From NCBI GenBank assembly GCA_964372145.1, contig CAYJPM010000001.1:4104-53906 (forward strand): a stretch of DNA of 49,803 nucleotides, read 5' to 3'. The position numbers were made by a program, and so were the translations under genes. The notes beneath the pieces are model-generated. The model was not told the origin of the DNA, ran no database searches, and was given only the letters and a program-made list of their open reading frames with translations. Shown here piece by piece: positions 44,888 to 49,803 of this stretch; the first letter of the stretch is position 1, and each line of letters starts with the position of its first letter. This DNA comes from an uncultured Muribaculaceae bacterium (GTDB lineage: Bacteria; Bacillota_I; Bacilli_A; RF39; UBA660).

Positions 44888-45652
44888 TTATATCTTTTTC
44901 TTTTTAGGAATAAAATTTGTTGCAAATTTATATTGTTCTTTATCTTTAATATATAAATACCCAATTACTGAAAATACTAAAGCCCCTACAGCATTAACAA
45001 TCATATCGTCCATAGTGTCTTCTAAACCTATATCTAAATATCCATTATCAATAACTATAATTTCACCATCAGCATATTCTATAGTAGTTTTATCAATATC
45101 TGATATTATCTCTACTTCATTACGATTATTAAAATAAACAGTTTCTAAATCACTTATTAATACATCCTTTTGCATATCTAATCCAGTTTGATCCATTCCA
45201 TATTCAAAGAACTCCCATACAGTCCCTATTGTAATTGAAAAACATAACGCAACTACAGCCACATAAATTGGAGATAGCGAAACTTGAATTTTATCATTTT
45301 TATTTAAAAGTTCAACTAAACTAAAACCAACTCCTGCAAAAATAAAACCATTAATAGTATGAAGTATTGTATCCCAATGAGGAATAAGTCCATAAAAATT
45401 TTGCATTTCGCCCAATATATTAGCACTAAATATAAATATATATATAATTGATTCTAACATATCTGGTAAATCAATATTAAATTTTTTATCTATTATACTA
45501 GGTATTAAAAATAAAATTAAAACAAGTATACAACTAAAAACATTTTCATAGTTTCCTTGTAAAAATTGAAGTACAGCTAATGAAACAACTAGAAATCTAA
45601 GTACAATATATACCGTTGTATCCCTTATTAATATTTTTTTCTTTCTTTCCAT
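44888..45652 (-). CDS. Hypothetical polytopic membrane protein (possibly DUF2238/YjdF-like)
   Basis: 254 aa with about 6 TM helices and a soluble acidic insertion. GGTGA SD. The family assignment is tentative. Confidence 0.5.
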   Translation of the reverse strand: MERKKKILIRDTTVYIVLRFLVVSLAVLQFLQGNYENVFSCILVLILFLIPSIIDKKFNIDLPDMLESIIYIFIFSANILGEMQNFYGLIPHWDTILHTINGFIFAGVGFSLVELLNKNDKIQVSLSPIYVAVVALCFSITIGTVWEFFEYGMDQTGLDMQKDVLISDLETVYFNNRNEVEIISDIDKTTIEYADGEIIVIDNGYLDIGLEDTMDDMIVNAVGALVFSVIGYLYIKDKEQYKFATNFIPKKKKI

Positions 45653-45753
45653 ATTATCACCTAATTAAATTATACTATTAAAATAGGTGTAAATCAATCA
45701 CAGATATAAAGATATATCTTAAAATATATGATAAAATTAATATGGTGATAATA

Positions 45754-47112
45754 ATGGAACAAAAAATATTTAGAGAATATGACATAAGAGCAGAATATCC
45801 TACTTTAATAAATGAAGAAGTAGCGTACAAAATAGGTTTAGGATACGGTTCATATATACAAGAAAAGTATAATCAAAAAAGATGTATAGTATCTAGAGAT
45901 AATAGATTATCTGGTGAAAGTTTAAGAGCCAATTTAGTTAAAGGTATTTTAGAAACTGGATGTTCCGTTATTGACTATGGAATAACTACTACTCCAATGA
46001 ATTTTTATGCAAGATATTTAAATAATTTATATGGAATAATGATTACAGCAAGTCATAACCCTAAAGATGACAATGGATTTAAATTCTCATTCGGAGGGCC
46101 ATCTAATGCTGCTGGAAAACAAATTGAAGACTTTAGAGATTATATCTATGCCAATAATTTCTTAAAAGGAACCGGTGAATATACAGTTCAAGATATTTCA
46201 GATAAATATATAGAATATATGAAAGATGGTATAAAGTTAGGCCCTAAAAGAAAAAAAATAGTTGTTGACTGTGGTAATGGAGCTACAACAATTATAGCTA
46301 GAAAAATATTTGAAAAATTTAATGTGGATTTAATAATGATAAATGAAGAAAATGATGGAACATTTCCAAATCATCATCCAGACCCCGCAGTTAAAGAAAA
46401 TTTAATTCAATTAAAAGAAGCTGTAATTAAAGAAGAAGCTGATTTAGGTATAGCTTATGATGGAGATGGTGACAGAATTGGTTTCGTTAAAGAAAACGGC
46501 GAATTTATGTCTACAGAAGAATTCATGATATTAATGATTAGGGACATAGCACCTAATGCAAATAACAAAAAATTTCTTTATGATGTTAAATGTTCTAAAA
46601 GTTTAGAAGAAGAAATAAAAAAAGTTGGAGGTACTCCATTTTTATATAGAACTGGTGCAAGTTACACACAAATGAAAACCCACGAAGATAATCTACCATT
46701 TGGAGGAGAATTTTCAGGCCATGTATTTTTTAGAGATCGTGTTGCTGATATGGGAAGTGCAATTTATGCTTCTTTACGTTTAATTGAATTATTAACAAAA
46801 AATAGTAAAAGTATATCGGAATTAACTTCAGACATACCTAAATACTTTGCTACTGAAGAAATTAAAATAACAACTAATGATGACACAAAATTTAATATAG
46901 TTAATGACATAAAAACTTACTGTGAAAAACAAAATTTTGTAATAAATGACATTGATGGTGTCAAAGTGTTTTTTGATGGAGGATGGGCTTTAGTCAGAGC
47001 AAGTAATACTGGTCCAAATTTAATATTCAGAGCTGAAGGAACTACAGAAGAAAATAAAACAAATTTAGAAAACTATTTCACAAAATTAATAAATATATAC
47101 AATACCAAGTAA
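45754..47112 (+). CDS. Phosphomannomutase/phosphoglucomutase (alpha-D-phosphohexomutase family)
   Basis: IFREYDIRA start, active-site TASHNPKDDNGFK, metal loop AYDGDGDRIG, and GGEFSGH. The ATG at 45754 is preferred over the ORF-track start at 45742. Confidence 0.85.
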   Translation: MEQKIFREYDIRAEYPTLINEEVAYKIGLGYGSYIQEKYNQKRCIVSRDNRLSGESLRANLVKGILETGCSVIDYGITTTPMNFYARYLNNLYGIMITASHNPKDDNGFKFSFGGPSNAAGKQIEDFRDYIYANNFLKGTGEYTVQDISDKYIEYMKDGIKLGPKRKKIVVDCGNGATTIIARKIFEKFNVDLIMINEENDGTFPNHHPDPAVKENLIQLKEAVIKEEADLGIAYDGDGDRIGFVKENGEFMSTEEFMILMIRDIAPNANNKKFLYDVKCSKSLEEEIKKVGGTPFLYRTGASYTQMKTHEDNLPFGGEFSGHVFFRDRVADMGSAIYASLRLIELLTKNSKSISELTSDIPKYFATEEIKITTNDDTKFNIVNDIKTYCEKQNFVINDIDGVKVFFDGGWALVRASNTGPNLIFRAEGTTEENKTNLENYFTKLINIYNTK

Positions 47113-47127
47113 TTGGTATTTTTTTTG
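47102..47127 (+). terminator. Rho-independent terminator of the PMM/PGM gene
   Basis: 7-bp stem ATACCAA / TTGGTAT with loop GTAA, which contains part of the stop codon, followed by T8. Confidence 0.7.
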
Positions 47128-47156
47128 CAAAAAAAAAGACTATTAAATTAGTCTTT
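47125..47156 (-). terminator. Rho-independent terminator of the 110-aa gene/lepB unit
   Basis: 8-bp stem AAAGACTA / TAGTCTTT (47135-47142 / 47149-47156) with a 6-nt loop and a T-run on the minus strand. Confidence 0.6.
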
Positions 47157-47480
47157 ATTTATATCATCTAAAAACCATAGTTTTAAACTTACGCTTTTAT
47201 TTTCACTAGATTGTGCTTCTACTACTTTATATATATAATAATCGTATACAGTAACATCAGTTCCATCTTCATTATATTCTTTTTCGCTGAATGCAAAATA
47301 AGGTTCATCACCACTTTCAACTTTAGTATAATTTAAAAATGCTACTATTGCTAAAACTACAAATACAGAAAATACTCCCCAAAATATAATGTTTCCAATT
47401 AATTTAACAACATTAAATTTTTCTTTTTCATCAATTATTTTTTCGAATTTTTCTTCTTTTACATTTTCTTTATTAGCCAT
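47148..47480 (-). CDS. Hypothetical single-pass membrane protein
   Basis: 110 aa with a charged N-terminus, one TM helix and a small extracytoplasmic domain. GGAGG SD. Confidence 0.5.
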   Translation of the reverse strand: MANKENVKEEKFEKIIDEKEKFNVVKLIGNIIFWGVFSVFVVLAIVAFLNYTKVESGDEPYFAFSEKEYNEDGTDVTVYDYYIYKVVEAQSSENKSVSLKLWFLDDINKD

Positions 47481-47534
47481 AATTACCTCCTATTTCTAAA
47501 TATATATTATCACACATATTTAATTATTACAATA

Positions 47535-48194
47535 CTATACAGAACCAAATTTATTAAGTGGCCACATAGTAAAAATTATTTTTCCATCAATGTCATCTAT
47601 ATTAACTAAACCAAGTTCTCTCGAATCTTGTGAATTACCTCTATTGTCTCCCATCATAAAATAAAAATTTTCCTGTATAACATACAATTCTAAGGCATCA
47701 ACATCAATTCCTTGAACATCATCTTGATACACACTATCTCCTATAAAATATAAAACTTTGTCATTAGATATGATACCATAATCACTCTCAGTTTTTACAG
47801 TATTACTAGGATATAAATTATCAGGTATTACAAACAATTTAAAATTTTCAGTTACTATATCATCATATAATGTTTCTTGATATTTATTCCCATCTATATA
47901 TAAATAATTATCTTTATATTCGATCGTTTGTCCAGGTAGAGCTATAGTTCTTTTTATTAACAAACGAACTCCTTCACTTTCGTAAGCAACAACATCATTT
48001 TGCTTTACATCAGTAAAAGAATAATGCATTTTGCTTATAATCATAACTTCACCATCTTGATGAGTTGGTTCCATAGAAGGACCAACAACTTGTGATATTC
48101 CTACAATATAAAGAGATACAACAATAACAACAACTATTAATATTATATATTTAAATGTATCATTAAAAAATTCTTTTATTTCCCTAAAATCCAT
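47535..48194 (-). CDS. lepB: Signal peptidase I (bacterial P-type, S26A)
   Basis: N-terminal TM, catalytic Ser box VVGPSMEPT, Lys box LIKRTIALPG, and GDNRGNSQDSR box. Confidence 0.9.
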   Translation of the reverse strand: MDFREIKEFFNDTFKYIILIVVVIVVSLYIVGISQVVGPSMEPTHQDGEVMIISKMHYSFTDVKQNDVVAYESEGVRLLIKRTIALPGQTIEYKDNYLYIDGNKYQETLYDDIVTENFKLFVIPDNLYPSNTVKTESDYGIISNDKVLYFIGDSVYQDDVQGIDVDALELYVIQENFYFMMGDNRGNSQDSRELGLVNIDDIDGKIIFTMWPLNKFGSV

Positions 48195-48258
48195 TATCTC
48201 ACCATGCTTTTTTCATATTTATTATAACACTTAATTCTCAAATAAACAATAAACCTCC

Positions 48259-48288
48259 ACAAAAAAAAGTAGATATTTCTATCTACTT
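48259..48288 (-). terminator. Rho-independent terminator after the vWA surface-protein gene
   Basis: 9-bp stem AAGTAGATA / TATCTACTT (48267-48275 / 48280-48288) with loop TTTC and T8 on the minus strand. The stop codon lies inside the stem. Confidence 0.7.
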
Positions 48289-49803
48289 AACTGAACCATA
48301 ATATTCGAATCTAACATCTCCTATTGTAAATTTAGTCATATTTGCACTATAACCTGTAGTTACATTACCAGTAATGTATCCAGCATTAATAGCTGCTTGT
48401 AAAGAACTAAATCTTTTATATTCAACATTATCTACATATATAATTATTGGATGAGTTGCATCTACATAAATACTATTACTAATAGAAGCTACACCTTTAG
48501 ATGATTGTGTACTACCATTAGAACTAGCTATTGTAGAAGATATTGAATCAAATACATCAACTAATCCACTTACACCTGCAGAATAATAATTACTATTAGA
48601 AGTAGCCATATTTTTTAATATAGTTTCTTCAGCTGAATTATTTTGAATATCGTATCCTACAGTATAAATTTCAGTACCCTTAGTTTTTAAATTACTAATA
48701 GCAGCATTTCTTTTAGCAAGATCATCCACTGTTGGTTCTCCATCACTCATAAATAGCATTACATTTTCATTACCATTAGCTGATAAATTAGTTGAACCAT
48801 ATAATATATCATAAGCTTTTTCTAAACCAATGTAGTATGGTGTACCACCAGTTACATCATTATCAATTTTATTTATATTGTTAATTAATGTAGTTGCTGT
48901 AGCAGCACTTGTAGCACTACCAATCATATTTACAGTTGGGTCTTCTGGATTTAATATACACCAACCTTTATTACAATCAGTTTCAAAAGTTATAACAGTT
49001 ACTGTTGATTTATCATTTGCATCTTTAAACATATTATTTATAAATTCTACACTAGCATTTTTAGCTTGTTGGAATTTATTTCCACTCATACTACCAGAAG
49101 CATCTAAAACTATAACCACATTAGTTCCTGTTAATGTTTCATTATGTTCAACAAATGAAACTGTTTTTTCTACTGTTGTATCATAAGATTTAACAATTTC
49201 AGTACCTTTTTTGATAGTTGTTTCTAATGTAGTACCTGGCACTACACTTCCTACTACAGTAGTATATACTAATGTATCTGTAGTACTTTGAGGAGTCCAA
49301 GTAATAGTATTACCTACTACTAATGCACCAGCAGGTAAACCTTCAACAGTCATTCCTGCAGGAATTGTAATTGTATAAGTTGGTAAAGTTCCACTAGCAT
49401 TATCTGGATTACTTATACTAACTGTATATGTAATTTTTTCTCCAGGTTCAACGTTAGCTTTTTTATCATCTTCACCTAATGCTTTATCAGCAGTTACATT
49501 TAAATTAACATCTGATATTTTATAATTAACTGTATCAGTAATATTAGTATTTGATTTTAACGTTACAGTTAAAGTTCCATTTTCTAATATACTACTAGAA
49601 TCAAATCCAGTTACAGTATAATCACTACTATCTAAAGTAATAGTGTCTAAACCATCTCTAGATACACCTTCTACAGTTAATGCATTACCTAAACCACTTC
49701 CTACTATAAAAGTAGAAGGATCAAGTGTAGCATTAATTGAAACTATTTCTTTATCAGCGTCACTTCTTACAACAGTATAATCTACTGTATCAGTTACATT
49801 TTC
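48283..49803 (-). CDS. Large surface protein with von Willebrand factor A domain (5' end outside window)
   Basis: The reading frame stays open upstream of the ORF-track Met to the window edge (...ASGTLPTYTITIPAGMTVEG...). MIDAS motif VVIVLDASGSMSG, with T/V/S-rich Ig-like repeats before it. Confidence 0.8.
   Translation of the reverse strand, partial: ENVTDTVDYTVVRSDADKEIVSINATLDPSTFIVGSGLGNALTVEGVSRDGLDTITLDSSDYTVTGFDSSSILENGTLTVTLKSNTNITDTVNYKISDVNLNVTADKALGEDDKKANVEPGEKITYTVSISNPDNASGTLPTYTITIPAGMTVEGLPAGALVVGNTITWTPQSTTDTLVYTTVVGSVVPGTTLETTIKKGTEIVKSYDTTVEKTVSFVEHNETLTGTNVVIVLDASGSMSGNKFQQAKNASVEFINNMFKDANDKSTVTVITFETDCNKGWCILNPEDPTVNMIGSATSAATATTLINNINKIDNDVTGGTPYYIGLEKAYDILYGSTNLSANGNENVMLFMSDGEPTVDDLAKRNAAISNLKTKGTEIYTVGYDIQNNSAEETILKNMATSNSNYYSAGVSGLVDVFDSISSTIASSNGSTQSSKGVASISNSIYVDATHPIIIYVDNVEYKRFSSLQAAINAGYITGNVTTGYSANMTKFTIGDVRFEYYGSVK

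Noticed and set aside
204-48878. Other short opposite-strand ORFs in the track (204-419, 4747-4929, 22395-22595, 22941-23138, 27432-27722, 27888-28247, 38318-38536, 39492-39755, 41833-42018, 42226-42576, 44203-44403, 48878-49186)
   Set aside because: Each is nested antisense within a well-supported gene. Their low-complexity L/I/F/S-rich translations are typical of antisense AT-rich coding DNA.
1-49803. Mollicutes-type genetic code (TGA = Trp), suggested by the extreme AT content
   Set aside because: ftsK terminates at a TGA at its expected end. All long ORFs are intact under code 11. Peptidoglycan and sporulation genes are present.

Overview
The window is a very AT-rich chromosomal segment from a Firmicute. 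It uses the standard genetic code (TGA ends ftsK) and has strong AGGAGG-type Shine-Dalgarno sites. It carries cotJ spore-coat genes and Bacillus-like synteny yceD(ylbN)-rpmF ... mraZ-rsmH-ftsL-pbpB. Almost every gene is on the minus strand.

Most of the window is housekeeping:
- pflB/pflA, a GGDEF cyclase and a CNNM/CorC protein
- the start of the dcw cluster
- TldD/PmbA, cotJ and ftsK
- trmL, a uracil-type permease and typA
- murC, murI, a P-type Ca-ATPase, PMM/PGM and lepB
- eight tRNA genes in three loci

The clear accessory block is 12.7-22.0 kb. It holds six tandem paralogous genes for membrane-anchored extracellular proteins. Five of them carry a glycine-rich domain whose motif series matches, as I recall it, the TNF-like/glycine-rich (polyglycine-II helix) ectodomain of metazoan ALK/LTK. 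The array is modular:
- Three genes share a near-identical 681-nt 5' module with its own TTGACA-17-TAAAAT promoter and a conserved 12-bp mRNA hairpin.
- The same three genes carry an AYFSD SipW-type signal-peptide motif.
- One copy swaps the glycine-rich domain for an unrelated C-terminal domain.
- One copy has a discoidin-like insertion.
- The array starts directly behind a TldD/PmbA protease pair.

Other items worth a look are an orphan ClpX-like AAA+ protein with a novel N-domain and altered motifs, an 860-aa cytoplasmic HExxH protein, and an extremely AT-rich helicase-IV-like gene beside a tRNA operon. There is also a textbook three-repeat MraZ operator and a truncated vWA surface protein next to lepB.

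I saw no CRISPR array, transposase, integrase or rRNA. All functional calls come from motif recognition by eye, not from database searches.
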